A DNA stretch of 64,000 nucleotides from Alphaproteobacteria bacterium (GTDB taxonomy: Bacteria > Pseudomonadota > Alphaproteobacteria > RF32 > CAG-239). The stretch spans positions 28,322 through 92,321 of the forward strand of contig JAZQZH010000052.1 of assembly GCA_045633945.1 (NCBI GenBank), in the 5' to 3' direction. Shown piece after piece: positions 1 to 10,477 of this stretch. How positions within the stretch are numbered: the first letter of the stretch is position 1; each line of letters starts with the position of its first letter. The translations under genes and the position numbers were made by a program. Under the pieces are notes generated by a model. The model worked only from the letters and a program-made list of their open reading frames with translations. It was not told the DNA's origin and searched no databases.

Positions 1-1246
1 GAGCTGTTGCGGTATCTCCTTTACCAATAGCCACTTCTAATGCTTTTACTATATCACCAGACCCTTCAAAAAATATGTCACCTCTTTGTTTTTGAACAGC
101 AATATCACAAGTAGCAACATTTATAGCGTGACTTTGAATGTTTCTCTCTTTATCTATAAGTTCCTTTAATGGAGGTTCTTTAATATATTTAAGGAGATCT
201 TTTTCTTCTGCCGTTAATGTTGATGGATCTTTTTTATTTAATGCGCTTATTTCTCTAAAAAATGATGGTTCTTTTATTAATTCCCATTTTACAGGGCGTG
301 AATTTTTATCGTTTTCAAGATTTCTTAAGAATTCATCATATGCCTTAATTGCATGATCTTCTTTTTCTAAACTATCTTTTATCTCATGACGTCTTAAACG
401 CTGACCAATAGCATATACATTTGTTTTGTGCTTTTCCTTTCCATCTGAACCTGTATCTGTAAAAAATACAAAATCTGCAAAATCTAGAACTCTATCTGTT
501 GCCCAGTCTACGCGCCTATCAACAAAACCCCATATTTCATTCCACATCATCTCCATAATTGTATTACCTTTAATATCATTGGGTTTACTTCTTTCTGGAG
601 CTTTTTTCTTCTCTTTTTTCTCTTTAGGCTCTTCTTCTTTTACATTTCCATAAATATCTTTTGAAGCTGTTGGAACGTAAGCACTAGATATACCTGTTGG
701 TGTAGGGATTTCTGTTGGAGTGGTTTCGCTTTCATTTTCTTTAGGTTGCTCATCTTCTTCTATTAGAAATTCTGCATCTTCACCACCATATCCTATAAGC
801 GCATCATAATCTATATTATCTTCACTTTCTTCTTGAGGGGTTTCGTTGTTTTCACTTGGTATTTGTGGCTCTTCATCAAAATAGTCATCATCTGTGAAAT
901 CTCTTAAATCACCACCATTTACTATTGCCTCGCTATCTTGTTCTTCTTTAGTTTTTTCTTCTGTTGAAGGTTGATCTTCATTATCTTTAGCGCCTTCTTG
1001 AGGTGTTTGTTCTTCATTATCTTTAGCGCCTTCTTGAGGTGATTGTTCTTCATTATCTTTAACACCTTCTTGAGGTGATTGTTCTTCATTATCCTTAGTT
1101 TCTGAACTCTCTTGATGAATATCTTCCTGTTGAGAAGTTTCTGTTTTTTCATCTTCATCGTCTTCTATAAATGCATCTTCTATAGCACTACCACCATTTA
1201 AAATAGCCGCGATTTCTTCTGGTGTTAAAGTATCCTTTTCTGTCAT
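1..1246 (-). CDS. hypothetical acidic repeat protein; its 3' end runs off the left edge, so it is absent from the supplied ORF track
   Basis: I walked every minus-strand codon in the frame of ATG 1246 (plus-strand cat 1244-1246) down to base 2 and found no stop. GGAGGA (rc of tcctcc 1251-1256) lies just upstream. An in-frame alternative ATG is at 1258, and the upstream stop is at 1262-1264. The N-terminus reads MTEKDTLTPEEIAAILNGGSAIEDAFIEDDEDE, followed by 12-aa KDNEEQ(S/T)PQEG(A/V) repeats. I recognise no family. Confidence 0.6.
   Translation of the reverse strand, partial: MTEKDTLTPEEIAAILNGGSAIEDAFIEDDEDEKTETSQQEDIHQESSETKDNEEQSPQEGVKDNEEQSPQEGAKDNEEQTPQEGAKDNEDQPSTEEKTKEEQDSEAIVNGGDLRDFTDDDYFDEEPQIPSENNETPQEESEDNIDYDALIGYGGEDAEFLIEEDEQPKENESETTPTEIPTPTGISSAYVPTASKDIYGNVKEEEPKEKKEKKKAPERSKPNDIKGNTIMEMMWNEIWGFVDRRVDWATDRVLDFADFVFFTDTGSDGKEKHKTNVYAIGQRLRRHEIKDSLEKEDHAIKAYDEFLRNLENDKNSRPVKWELIKEPSFFREISALNKKDPSTLTAEEKDLLKYIKEPPLKELIDKERNIQSHAINVATCDIAVQKQRGDIFFEGSGDIVKALEVAIGKGDTATA
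975..1100 (-). repeat. 36-nt in-frame tandem repeat, about 3.5 copies
   Basis: The unit tcttcattatctttagcgccttcttgaggtg(t/a)ttgt starts at 975, 1011 and 1047, with a partial copy at 1083. It encodes KDNEEQSPQEGA-type 12-aa units on the minus strand. Confidence 0.85.
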
Positions 1247-1314
1247 GGCTTCCTCCATATTCTATACTATATTTGTTTATTTTACCATAGAATCGAGTGT
1301 TTGTCTATATAAAT

Positions 1315-2637
1315 TTAAACTTTCAATTTTTTTATAAACTCACCTATTTTTTGATTCATCTTTATACCATCTTCTGGCGTAACCTTGATTAAACCAAAAA
1401 ATCTAGGCTTTATTTTTTCAAATTGAATTGGTGAAAACATTGCTGGATTTTTGGTAAGAGCATTAAATGCACCTTTGGTATCTTTTTGAGCGGCTCTAAA
1501 ATAGTTATTCATAAGTTTATCTACATCTATTGGAAAGTTTTGTTCTTTTAGTTTTTTGATAAAGATATTTTTTCTTTCTTGTAAGCGCATATATTCTTCG
1601 TATAATTCTTTTTTGATACGATTTTTGGTTATTATTTCTTTCTTTTGAGCATATTTAACCTCACAAATCTCTAGGTTAATTAATATCTCAACATAAGAAA
1701 TTATAACCAATTGCAAATGTGTATCTTTTAATGTTTCTGCAAAAACTAAAAATTGTTCATCACTTGCATTATTAGGTAATCTTTGCATGTTTTCTGGGTC
1801 GTATTTATTGAGAAGATCCCAACATTCTAACAAATGAGTAGCTATTTTTTTACCAACACTTGGTTTATAATTTGGTTGTAACATTGTTTCGTTATAATCG
1901 GTTTTGGGAACAACTAAATTTTTCTTTTTGGAAATAGCTCTTATACCATCTTGGAAATTTGCTACCGCACGAGATAACTCTAATTCTTCTTGTTTTAGAG
2001 TGGTTTGTACTGTGCTCATTTTTTTTGTATAAACAGGTGATACATCTTTAAACATACCGTTTTGCGAAGATGCTATTTCTGGTGTTATAAATTCATCTAA
2101 CCCTGCTGATGCTTGAGGTTCTTCTTTTGTGATAAAATCATCTAAGCCACCAGCTTGCTTTGGTGCTTCTTGGGTGATAAAATCATCTAAACCACCATCT
2201 TGCTTTGGTGCTTCTTTAGTGATAAAATCATCTAAGCCGCTAGATTGTTTAGGTGCTTCTTGGGCGATAAAATCATCTAAACCACCAGCCTGTTTTGGTG
2301 CTTCTTTTGATATAAAAGAATCTAAATTACTAAATGTATTTGGCTCTTCTAAATAACTATCTATGCTTTTATACTCTTGATTATTATTTATTTTTTCGGG
2401 GACAGGATTTGAAATATTTGCTTTGCTTTTCACTTTTTTGCTGTCTCTTTCATTTATAGAACCGTTTTTTTGCTCACTTTCTGCTATAAATTCTTTTAGC
2501 AAACGAGTAAACTCATCTTCTAGAGATTCTTCTACTTTTACTGCTTTTTCGTAGGCTGTTTCTTTTTTAGCTGTTTGTGTTTCTGTTGTTTGAGTATTAT
2601 TTTCTGAAACAAACCCATTTAGCAAATCTTCCGACAT
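1315..2637 (-). CDS. hypothetical acidic protein with reiterated GLDDFI(T/A)xEAPKQ 15-aa units and a helical C-terminal domain
   Basis: This is a 440-aa ORF. It contains one degenerate and five clear copies of (G)GLD(D/E)FIxxE(A/E)PKQxx. The C-terminal ~230 aa is non-repetitive and ends in a basic tail (KKLKV). I recognise no family. Confidence 0.7.
   Translation of the reverse strand: MSEDLLNGFVSENNTQTTETQTAKKETAYEKAVKVEESLEDEFTRLLKEFIAESEQKNGSINERDSKKVKSKANISNPVPEKINNNQEYKSIDSYLEEPNTFSNLDSFISKEAPKQAGGLDDFIAQEAPKQSSGLDDFITKEAPKQDGGLDDFITQEAPKQAGGLDDFITKEEPQASAGLDEFITPEIASSQNGMFKDVSPVYTKKMSTVQTTLKQEELELSRAVANFQDGIRAISKKKNLVVPKTDYNETMLQPNYKPSVGKKIATHLLECWDLLNKYDPENMQRLPNNASDEQFLVFAETLKDTHLQLVIISYVEILINLEICEVKYAQKKEIITKNRIKKELYEEYMRLQERKNIFIKKLKEQNFPIDVDKLMNNYFRAAQKDTKGAFNALTKNPAMFSPIQFEKIKPRFFGLIKVTPEDGIKMNQKIGEFIKKLKV
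2084..2330 (-). repeat. 45-nt in-frame tandem repeat, about 5.5 copies
   Basis: Units starting gtgataaaatcatctaa(a/g)cc begin at 2129, 2174, 2219 and 2264, flanked by degenerate copies. There are only a few substitutions between copies. Confidence 0.9.
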
Positions 2638-2763
2638 TTAAGGCGCTCCTTTTTTGTATTATTTAAATAGAATTCTTATTCCTGCTATAAAAATCTTGAT
2701 TTTAACATTAGTTTTTTGTAGTCTATCACTAAATTAGTGAAAATATGTTTAATAAGTAATGCT

Positions 2764-3738
2764 ATGAGTGACGAAAATAATAATATTTTATATATACCTC
2801 CTGTTGAAAGAGATGATGTTGGTGTTAGAATAGATAAATTTATTACAAACAAAACAACTGATATATCTCGCTCCATGGCACAAAAACTAATTGAAAAAGG
2901 ATGTGTTTTTGTGGACGATGAGAGTATTGCTGATAAAAATTATAAAACTCGTCTTGATGATGTTTATCAAATAATTTTGCCTGAGCCAGAAAGTCCGATA
3001 CCTGTTGCTGAAGATATTAAACTTGATATTTTGTATGAAGATGATGACTTAATTGTTATTAATAAACCTGCAGGAATGACTGTACATCCAGCTGCTGGTG
3101 TAACTAGTGGCACGTTGGTTAATGCCATTTTGTTTTGGTGTAAAGATTCTTTATCTGGTATTGGTGGAGTTGCAAGACCTGGCATTGTCCATAGAATTGA
3201 TAGAAACACAAGTGGCGTTATTGTGGTTGCTAAAAATGACTTTACTCACAAAGGGTTGGCTGAACAATTTTTTGAGCACTCAATCGAAAGAACTTATTAT
3301 GCAGTTGTGTACGGCGTACCTAATCCCACAAAAGGCACTATCGAGGGAAATATAGCGCGAAGTTCTTTTGATAGAAAAAAAATGGCATTTGTTAAAGTTG
3401 GAGGAAAAACAGCTATTACTCATTATGAAGTGGTTGAGAATTTTAAAAATGCAGCATCTTTAGTGAAATGTAATCTGGAAACAGGGCGAACACATCAAAT
3501 TAGAGTTCATCTATCTAGTATTGGATGCCACTTGATTGGTGACGATGTTTATGAAAAGCCCAAAAAAAGCAGCGTTTCCTTACCTCTTGATAAGAAAACT
3601 TATGTCAACAACTTCCAAAGACAAGCGCTGCACGCTTCATCCTTAGGCTTTATACACCCAAGAACCAAGGAATATTTGTTATTTAAATCTGATTTCCCTG
3701 AAGACATAAGAGAACTTTTAGAAGTTTTAAAAAGCTAA
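2764..3738 (+). CDS. rluD: 23S rRNA pseudouridine synthase, RluD-like (RluA family)
   Basis: It has an S4-like N-terminus (RIDKFITNK..ISRSMAQKLIEKG) and the catalytic motif HRIDRNTSGVIVVAKN. The ORF opens at GTG 2737 and the first ATG is at 2764, so the start is uncertain. Confidence 0.8.
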   Translation: MSDENNNILYIPPVERDDVGVRIDKFITNKTTDISRSMAQKLIEKGCVFVDDESIADKNYKTRLDDVYQIILPEPESPIPVAEDIKLDILYEDDDLIVINKPAGMTVHPAAGVTSGTLVNAILFWCKDSLSGIGGVARPGIVHRIDRNTSGVIVVAKNDFTHKGLAEQFFEHSIERTYYAVVYGVPNPTKGTIEGNIARSSFDRKKMAFVKVGGKTAITHYEVVENFKNAASLVKCNLETGRTHQIRVHLSSIGCHLIGDDVYEKPKKSSVSLPLDKKTYVNNFQRQALHASSLGFIHPRTKEYLLFKSDFPEDIRELLEVLKS

Positions 3739-3861
3739 TATTTTGTTCTAAAAAGCGTTTATTTGCTTAATTTTTTATTAAAAACAATAGAACCATTGTC
3801 TAGATTGTGGAAATTTTTTTTATATGTACACTTCCATAAGTCAACTTTTAGGAGAAAGATA

Positions 3862-4737
3862 ATGAAAGAACAGCTTATTCTAAATGGACTTGACTTTTCA
3901 CCGGAGGAAAACTTATCTAGATACCTCCAATATATAAAAAAATATCCAATTTTATCACCAGAAGAAGAGTATGACCTGGCTCTTAAGTATCAAAATACAA
4001 AAGATAAATATATTGCAAACAAGCTAATTACCTCGCATTTAAGGCTTGTTGTTAAGGTTGTGTCAAAATATAAAGGATACGGTCTTCCTGTTGGAGAGAT
4101 GATTTCTGAGGGAAATATAGGATTAATGTATGCCGTTGATAAATTTGCCCCAGAAAAAGGTTTTAGATTTTCTACGTATGCTTTATGGTGGATTAAGGCT
4201 TCTGTGCAAAAATATATTCTTAACTCGTGGTCCCTTGTTAAGCTTGGAACTACTGCTGCGCAAAAAAAATTATTTTTTAATTTAAGAAAAATCAAAAACA
4301 AACTTAATTTAATTGATGATAGAGATCTCTCTGAGCATGTTTTGCTTAGTATTGCTAGGTCTTTGGATGTTGGGGTACAAGATGTTATGGATATGAATAT
4401 GAGGTTAAAATCTCATGATGGATCATTAAACTCTGTTATTGATAATGATAGCGATGGTGCAACAGAATGGATAGAGTTTATTTCAGATAGTAAACCTAAT
4501 CAAGAAGAAAGTCTTGCTCACTCTGAAACAATTAAACACAGAAGGTTAATGTTTAGCAAAGCCCTATATGTTCTTAATAAAAGAGAAAAAGATATATTAT
4601 TTAAGCGTAGACTTTATGAAAGACCTATAACATTAGATGATTTAAGCAAAATATACAATATATCTAAGGAAAGAGTACGCCAAATAGAACTAAACTCTAT
4701 AAAAAAGATTACTAAAGCAATAGAACTTATGCAGTAA
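3862..4737 (+). CDS. rpoH: RNA polymerase sigma-32 (heat shock sigma factor)
   Basis: The layout is sigma-70 family, with the RpoH box AQKKLFFNLRKIK. ATG 3862 is preceded by AGGAGA. The track start at 3763 adds 33 unsupported residues. Confidence 0.9.
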   Translation: MKEQLILNGLDFSPEENLSRYLQYIKKYPILSPEEEYDLALKYQNTKDKYIANKLITSHLRLVVKVVSKYKGYGLPVGEMISEGNIGLMYAVDKFAPEKGFRFSTYALWWIKASVQKYILNSWSLVKLGTTAAQKKLFFNLRKIKNKLNLIDDRDLSEHVLLSIARSLDVGVQDVMDMNMRLKSHDGSLNSVIDNDSDGATEWIEFISDSKPNQEESLAHSETIKHRRLMFSKALYVLNKREKDILFKRRLYERPITLDDLSKIYNISKERVRQIELNSIKKITKAIELMQ

Positions 4738-4802
4738 CCTTGAAAAAGAACCAACTCTGACTATCTGTTTTAGGTATTAAATCGTAGTATTAAGAGGTGG
4801 GG

Positions 4803-5942
4803 ATGATGATAAAAGGTGATAAAGTACGTAATACTTATGTTTTACTGCTTATTGTTATGTGTCTGATTTCTTTTGGATTTGGCTATTTTATTTTTTATAA
4901 GATGAATGCACATGAAATCAGACACATACCTATTGATGAAGGAATGTCATTGGATGCTATTACTGTAAAACCAAATACTTATGTGGTTAAAAACTCTTAT
5001 ATTGGACACACTTTAGCCATACATCAGGCAAATATTGTTCCTTTTATAAGTGGATATCTTGATGATATAAAGATAAAAGAAGGAAGTACTGTAAAACAAG
5101 GAGAACTCCTTTTTACACTCAATAAAAATGAATATGCTGCCAAACTTGAAGCTGCAAAAGCATCTGTTGCTCAATCATTAGCGGAGTTAGAATATAGTAA
5201 AAACTATTATGAAAGAGTGAAAAAATCTGGAGAAAAAGCCTTTTCTGTGATTGAAATTGATAATGCAAAAAATAATTATTTGCAAGCTGAGGCGGCTCTA
5301 AAAAATGCTAAAGCAAATGAAATGCTTGCACAAGTTTATTATGACTATACAAACATTTATGCACCCATTGATGGAGCAGTTGGAAATTTTAGTTTAACTA
5401 AAGGTAACTTTGTTTCTCCTGAAAATGGCGCACTATTAAACATTACTCAAATAAACCCGATTAGAGTTGTTTTTTCTATAACAGATGCAGAGTTTTTGGA
5501 AATATTTAAAAACAGCGATTCCCCATTTAAAAACAGCGTAATAAAAATTACAAACTCGAACGGAGAAACTTATGAGTATGAGGGTAAGTATAAATATATT
5601 GATAATAAAATAAACTCATCGACAAACACTCTTGCTGTATTTGTTGATTTTGAAAATAATGAAAAAAAATTACTGCCGAATGCCTTTGTCACGGTTGAAG
5701 TGTATAAAAAAATTGATAATACAATTAGCATAAATAAAGATATTGTAAACATGAAAGAAAACGGTAATTTTATCAATATTGCTAGAGAAAATAAAATTAT
5801 TAGTGAACCAATAAAAATTTTATCAGAACAAGATAACTCTTACATTATAGAAAACTCCCTCCAACCTAATGATCTAATAATTATAAACAAAACAGCTCAA
5901 ATAGGTAATGATAAGAGTATTCATTTTAATATTTTAAAATAA
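4803..5942 (+). CDS. RND efflux periplasmic adaptor (membrane fusion protein, HlyD/AcrA type)
   Basis: It has an N-terminal TM anchor, a coiled-coil hairpin ([30 protein letters not shown] ... [18 protein letters not shown]), and sits directly upstream of the RND pump. The ORF opens at GTG 4797; ATG codons follow at 4803 and 4806 after AAGAGG. Confidence 0.8.
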   Translation: MMIKGDKVRNTYVLLLIVMCLISFGFGYFIFYKMNAHEIRHIPIDEGMSLDAITVKPNTYVVKNSYIGHTLAIHQANIVPFISGYLDDIKIKEGSTVKQGELLFTLNKNEYAAKLEAAKASVAQSLAELEYSKNYYERVKKSGEKAFSVIEIDNAKNNYLQAEAALKNAKANEMLAQVYYDYTNIYAPIDGAVGNFSLTKGNFVSPENGALLNITQINPIRVVFSITDAEFLEIFKNSDSPFKNSVIKITNSNGETYEYEGKYKYIDNKINSSTNTLAVFVDFENNEKKLLPNAFVTVEVYKKIDNTISINKDIVNMKENGNFINIARENKIISEPIKILSEQDNSYIIENSLQPNDLIIINKTAQIGNDKSIHFNILK

Positions 5943-5955
5943 AAATGGAGGAAAA

Positions 5956-8900
5956 ATGTTTTCAAATTTTTTTATAAATCGCCCACGCTTTGCTATGGTT
6001 ATATCTATTGTATTGATAATATTGGGATTGCTTGCAATAAAAGTTTTACCTGTATCTCAATTTCCTAACATTACACCTCCGCAAGTTAGTGTTAAAACAA
6101 CATATTTGGGAGCAAACGCAGAAGTATTAACAGAAACTGTTGCAATACCAATTGAAAACCAGATGAATGGTGTTGAAGATATGATTTATATGTCATCAAC
6201 ATCTGATGATAACGGTTCGTATAACCTAACTGTAACCTTTGATGTAGGAACAGATCCCGATATAGCGCAAGTAAAAGTGCAAAACAGATTACAGCAAGTG
6301 AATAGTGAGCTACCAAATGAAGTAATAAAAGAAGGCGTAGATGTTGCAACTGAAAACTCTGATATGCTTGGGATGATTGTTTTACGCTCTCCAAACAATA
6401 CATATTCTGATTTGTTTTTAAGCAACTTTGCATATACTAATATAAAAAATCCATTATCTCGTATTTTTGGTGTGGGTGGAGTGCAAATATTTGGCCCAAA
6501 ATATAGCATGCGAATATGGATTGATGCTGATAAAATTACGGCACTTGGATTAGGGGTATCTGATATAATTGAGGCTGTAGAAACTCAAAACATTCAAGCT
6601 GCTGTTGGGAGTGTTGGCTCAGCACCTAGCGATATAAATAGCAATATTGTACTCAATCTTACTGCTAAAGGACTACTAAATAGTGTTAATGATTTTTCTA
6701 ATATTGTAGTTGCAAGCGCTGAAAATGGAGGAACAGTATTTCTCAAAGATGTAGCAAGAATTGAGCTTGGACAAGATTCATATAATTTAGTGTCAAAATT
6801 TGACAATGCACCTGCAGTTGTTATTGCATTAAATCAAACACCAAATACTAATGCTTTGGAAACTATGAATGCTATAAAAAATGAATTAAAGGAATTGTCT
6901 AAAACATTTCCAACTGATATGGAAATCAATGTAGCTTATGATTCAACTGGGTATGTTAGAGCATCTATTCAAGCTATTGTTGAAACATTGTTCATTACAT
7001 TTTTGCTGGTTGTGCTGGTAACTTATTTGTTTTTGCAAAAAATAAAAACAACTCTTATTCCACTAATTACGATTCCTGTATCTCTTATTGCCACATTTAT
7101 CATCATCTATCTTTTAGGTTTTGATATAAATATTTTAACATTATTTGCAATGATTTTAGTTATTGGACTCGTTGTTGATGATGCCATTATTGTAGTTGAG
7201 AGAGTACAATATCTAATGATAAACAATAAAATAACATCTCAAGAGGCATCTATAAAAGCTATGGAGCAAATTGGATCTGCTATTGTTGCTACAACATTTG
7301 TTTTGCTTGCTATATTTGTTCCTGTTGGATTAATGGCTGGAATAACAGGTAAAATATATCAACAATTTGCGGTAGCTATCGGGACTGCAGTTATATTTTC
7401 TGCTTTTAATGCTTTAACACTAAGCCCCGCTCTATGTTCTATTTTTTTAAAAAATGAAGCAGGTGATAATGGTTTTATCTTTTTTGAATGGTTTAATAAA
7501 GGCTTGGATTTTTGCAAAAACATTTATATTGATATGGTTGCATTTTTTACAAAATATTTATGGCTATCTATCACCATTGTTCTTTGCACAATTCTTGTAA
7601 TATCACTATACTTTAAATACACCGCTTCATCTTTCATACCTGAAGAAGATCAAGGAATTATTTTTGCAAATGTTCAACTAGATGCCACTGCAAGCATAAA
7701 TCAAACAAATAAGGTTTTAAAAAATTTAGCTAATAATGTTTTAAAAAAAGAAGGTGTTGAATATGTAATCACTGTGGGAGGGTATAGTCTTCTTGGTGGA
7801 AGCGGAGAGAATGTGGCATTATGTGTTGTTGGCTTAAAAGATTGGAGCTTAAGAAAGTCAAAAGACTTATCGATAGAAGCTATATCAAGAAGACTTAGAG
7901 AAGAATATCTAGGATTTAAAAACGCTGATATAAACTTTTTTGCACCACCGCCTATTCCTGGTATTGGACAAAGTAATGGTTTGGCCTTGGAACTAATTGC
8001 CACAAATACAAACAAAACACCCAAAGAGCTAGCCGAAGCACTAAATAAATATCTCCTAGAGATAAACAAATCTGGCGATATTGAATATGCTTTTAGCACT
8101 TTTAGAGCAGATACACCTCATTTGTTTTTAGATATTGATAGAAATAAATTGCAAACTTATGGCATTCCTGTTTCTTCGATGTTTAATACACTGCAAACAA
8201 ATCTAGGCGCTTCTTATATTAATAACATAACACTAAGCGGTCAAATAAATAGAGTTATTCTGCAGGCAGACTTTGTATATAGAAAGGATCAAAGTAGTAT
8301 AAAAAATTTATACATAAAATCTAATAACAATAATCTTATAAAAGTTGATAGCTTTGCAACTATATCAACAAAAATATCTCCTAAAACTATTTACAGATAT
8401 AATTTATATACCGCGGCACCTATTACTGCGCAATCAAAAACAAATGTTAGTAGCGGACAAGCAATGGAAACTATTGAAAAAACAGCATCTAAAATTTTAC
8501 CACAAGGATTTGCCATTGATTGGACTGGATTGTCTTTACAAGAATACAAAACAAGAGGGCTTATAACTATTTTGGTGTTTCTTGCCATTGTTTTTTGTTA
8601 TTTATTTTTGGTTGCTCAATATGAAAGCTGGATGCTAGCATTTTCGGTTATGTTTTCTACTGTGTTTGCAATTTTAGGCGCTTTTATTGGATTACACATA
8701 TTTAGTCTTCCACTTAGTATATATGCTCAGTTGGGTATTGTATTATTAATTGGGTTGGCCGCTAAGAATGCTATTTTAATTGTAGAATTTACAAAAGACT
8801 ATAGAGACAGAGGATACAGTATTATCGAGGCAGCAAAACTTGGAGCAGGTGAAAGATTTAGAGCTGTACTCATGACGGCTATGACTTTTATTTTGGGTGT

Positions 8901-9090
8901 TTTTCCGATGATTGTAGCAACCGGTCCTGGTGCTAACTCTCAAATTTCTATTGGTGTTACAGTATTTTTTGGAATGATTGTTGCCACTTTTGTAGGAATC
9001 ATATTTATCCCGACTTTATTTGCACTGTTTGAACATATAACGGAGTTTTTTGCACAAAAGACAAATAATAAGGAGGATAAAAATGCGTAA
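5956..9090 (+). CDS. RND multidrug efflux permease (AcrB/HAE1 type)
   Basis: The protein is 1044 aa with a typical N-terminus ([19 protein letters not shown]), 12 TM segments and two large periplasmic loops. It sits between the adaptor and the outer membrane factor. Confidence 0.9.
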   Translation: MFSNFFINRPRFAMVISIVLIILGLLAIKVLPVSQFPNITPPQVSVKTTYLGANAEVLTETVAIPIENQMNGVEDMIYMSSTSDDNGSYNLTVTFDVGTDPDIAQVKVQNRLQQVNSELPNEVIKEGVDVATENSDMLGMIVLRSPNNTYSDLFLSNFAYTNIKNPLSRIFGVGGVQIFGPKYSMRIWIDADKITALGLGVSDIIEAVETQNIQAAVGSVGSAPSDINSNIVLNLTAKGLLNSVNDFSNIVVASAENGGTVFLKDVARIELGQDSYNLVSKFDNAPAVVIALNQTPNTNALETMNAIKNELKELSKTFPTDMEINVAYDSTGYVRASIQAIVETLFITFLLVVLVTYLFLQKIKTTLIPLITIPVSLIATFIIIYLLGFDINILTLFAMILVIGLVVDDAIIVVERVQYLMINNKITSQEASIKAMEQIGSAIVATTFVLLAIFVPVGLMAGITGKIYQQFAVAIGTAVIFSAFNALTLSPALCSIFLKNEAGDNGFIFFEWFNKGLDFCKNIYIDMVAFFTKYLWLSITIVLCTILVISLYFKYTASSFIPEEDQGIIFANVQLDATASINQTNKVLKNLANNVLKKEGVEYVITVGGYSLLGGSGENVALCVVGLKDWSLRKSKDLSIEAISRRLREEYLGFKNADINFFAPPPIPGIGQSNGLALELIATNTNKTPKELAEALNKYLLEINKSGDIEYAFSTFRADTPHLFLDIDRNKLQTYGIPVSSMFNTLQTNLGASYINNITLSGQINRVILQADFVYRKDQSSIKNLYIKSNNNNLIKVDSFATISTKISPKTIYRYNLYTAAPITAQSKTNVSSGQAMETIEKTASKILPQGFAIDWTGLSLQEYKTRGLITILVFLAIVFCYLFLVAQYESWMLAFSVMFSTVFAILGAFIGLHIFSLPLSIYAQLGIVLLIGLAAKNAILIVEFTKDYRDRGYSIIEAAKLGAGERFRAVLMTAMTFILGVFPMIVATGPGANSQISIGVTVFFGMIVATFVGIIFIPTLFALFEHITEFFAQKTNNKEDKNA

Positions 9091-10477
9091 TGTTTTGTTT
9101 ATCACAGTTCTTGCACTATCTGCTTGCAGTGTTGGCGACGAATATGAACACCACATTTTTTTATCAGACGAACAGATACAAAAAACGCTAAACTTAGACA
9201 GCAAATCAGAATCAATACCATCAAACTGGTTCACACTCTTTAAAGACAGTGATTTAAATACACTGCTTCAGCACATAGAAAAGTCGAATATTTCTATAGC
9301 CCAAGCAAAAAACAGATTACAACAATCTAGATATCAATTAAGCATTTACTCTAAAGAAATGTATCCAGAACTTAATGCATCAGGAAAATATGATTATCAA
9401 AAAAGTAACAACCAAACTTATTCATATAATGATGCAAATAATTTTCAAATAGGATTTGATGCATCGTGGGAGATAGATATTTGGGGGAGAGGACGATATA
9501 TATCTGAACAATATTTTGAAATCATGCAAAAGGCAAAATACAACATTCAAGATGTACATATATCTATAATATCTGAGACTACTAAAAATTATATAAATCT
9601 TAGACTATCACAAGAAAAACTTAGAATTACAAAAAATAATTTAGTAACTCAGGAAGAAATATTGCAAACAGTTAAAGACAAGTTTGATGCAGGTGTTGCA
9701 AACAACCTAGACCTTAACCAAGCCATGTTTTCCGTAGAAAAAACAAAATCCAGCATACCCGCAATAAAAGGAGATATTGAAAGATATATAAATGCTATAT
9801 CTGTACTGTTAGGCGTGTTACCAGAAAACCTTCCAATAAACTTAAGAAAATACAAAAAGAATATAACGTCTAGCACATTTAAATACAGTGTAAAAAAACT
9901 ATACAAAATACCCTTAACAGCTATAAAAAATAGACCTGACATTAGAATTGCCGAACAATCCATTAAAGAGCAAAATGCTGCAATCAACCAGGCCATCACA
10001 GATTTATATCCAACACTAAATATAGGAGCATCTCTTGGCCTAATATCCAATAGTGCAAGAAATCTATTTTACAAGGACAAACAATTATACGGTTACACTC
10101 CAAACATCACTACACCAATTTGGCATTGGGGTATGCTAACAAATAATATTGAACTTCAAAAAAGTATAAAAGAAGAATATATATTAAACTACAATGAAAC
10201 CTTTTTAACCGCTATTATGGAGATAAAAGACGCTGTGACGCTTATTGAAGAAGTGTACAAAGCGAATACTCATCTAAAAAAAGCAAGAGATAACACTAAA
10301 AATATCTTAGAATTAACACGCTCAAGATATCAAAATGGTATTATTGAATTTGTAGAGCTAATGAGAGCTGAGCAAGATTTTCTCAATGCTGAAAATGCCC
10401 TTGTTGAAAATAACGCACAAATACTACAAAACCTTACATCATTCTATAAAAGTATTGGCGGAGGATATAGCATCTAG
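9083..10477 (+). CDS. efflux outer membrane factor lipoprotein (NodT/OprM family)
   Basis: The sequence [15 protein letters not shown] carries a canonical lipobox. AAGGAGG lies upstream of ATG 9083. The start overlaps the RND stop by 8 nt. The protein has the two-repeat OMF helical/barrel pattern. Confidence 0.85.
   Translation: MRNVLFITVLALSACSVGDEYEHHIFLSDEQIQKTLNLDSKSESIPSNWFTLFKDSDLNTLLQHIEKSNISIAQAKNRLQQSRYQLSIYSKEMYPELNASGKYDYQKSNNQTYSYNDANNFQIGFDASWEIDIWGRGRYISEQYFEIMQKAKYNIQDVHISIISETTKNYINLRLSQEKLRITKNNLVTQEEILQTVKDKFDAGVANNLDLNQAMFSVEKTKSSIPAIKGDIERYINAISVLLGVLPENLPINLRKYKKNITSSTFKYSVKKLYKIPLTAIKNRPDIRIAEQSIKEQNAAINQAITDLYPTLNIGASLGLISNSARNLFYKDKQLYGYTPNITTPIWHWGMLTNNIELQKSIKEEYILNYNETFLTAIMEIKDAVTLIEEVYKANTHLKKARDNTKNILELTRSRYQNGIIEFVELMRAEQDFLNAENALVENNAQILQNLTSFYKSIGGGYSI

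Noticed and set aside
922-1158. A 78-aa K-rich minus-strand ORF (MKMKKQKLLNRK...) from the track.
   Set aside because: It is an out-of-frame reading of the 36-nt repeat array inside the much longer edge-truncated ORF 1-1246. Its periodic sequence simply mirrors the repeat.
975-2330. The possibility that the tandem repeats are a CRISPR array.
   Set aside because: The units are directly adjacent with no unique spacers. Their periods of 36 and 45 nt are multiples of three, and they lie in-frame inside long ORFs. No cas genes are present in the window.
2129-2356. A 75-aa plus-strand ORF with repeated IKSSKPP units.
   Set aside because: It is antisense to the 45-nt repeat array of the 440-aa gene and is an artefact of repeat periodicity.
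3763-3861. An upstream extension of rpoH. Similar track extensions exist for tgt (14585), tolQ (28396), ctpA (35252), tsaE (43479), hprK (43879), radA (45946), the omp (21451) and the OMF (9050).
   Set aside because: In each case an internal ATG with a Shine-Dalgarno-like sequence gives the canonical family N-terminus or signal peptide. The extension overlaps the preceding gene or adds non-conserved residues.
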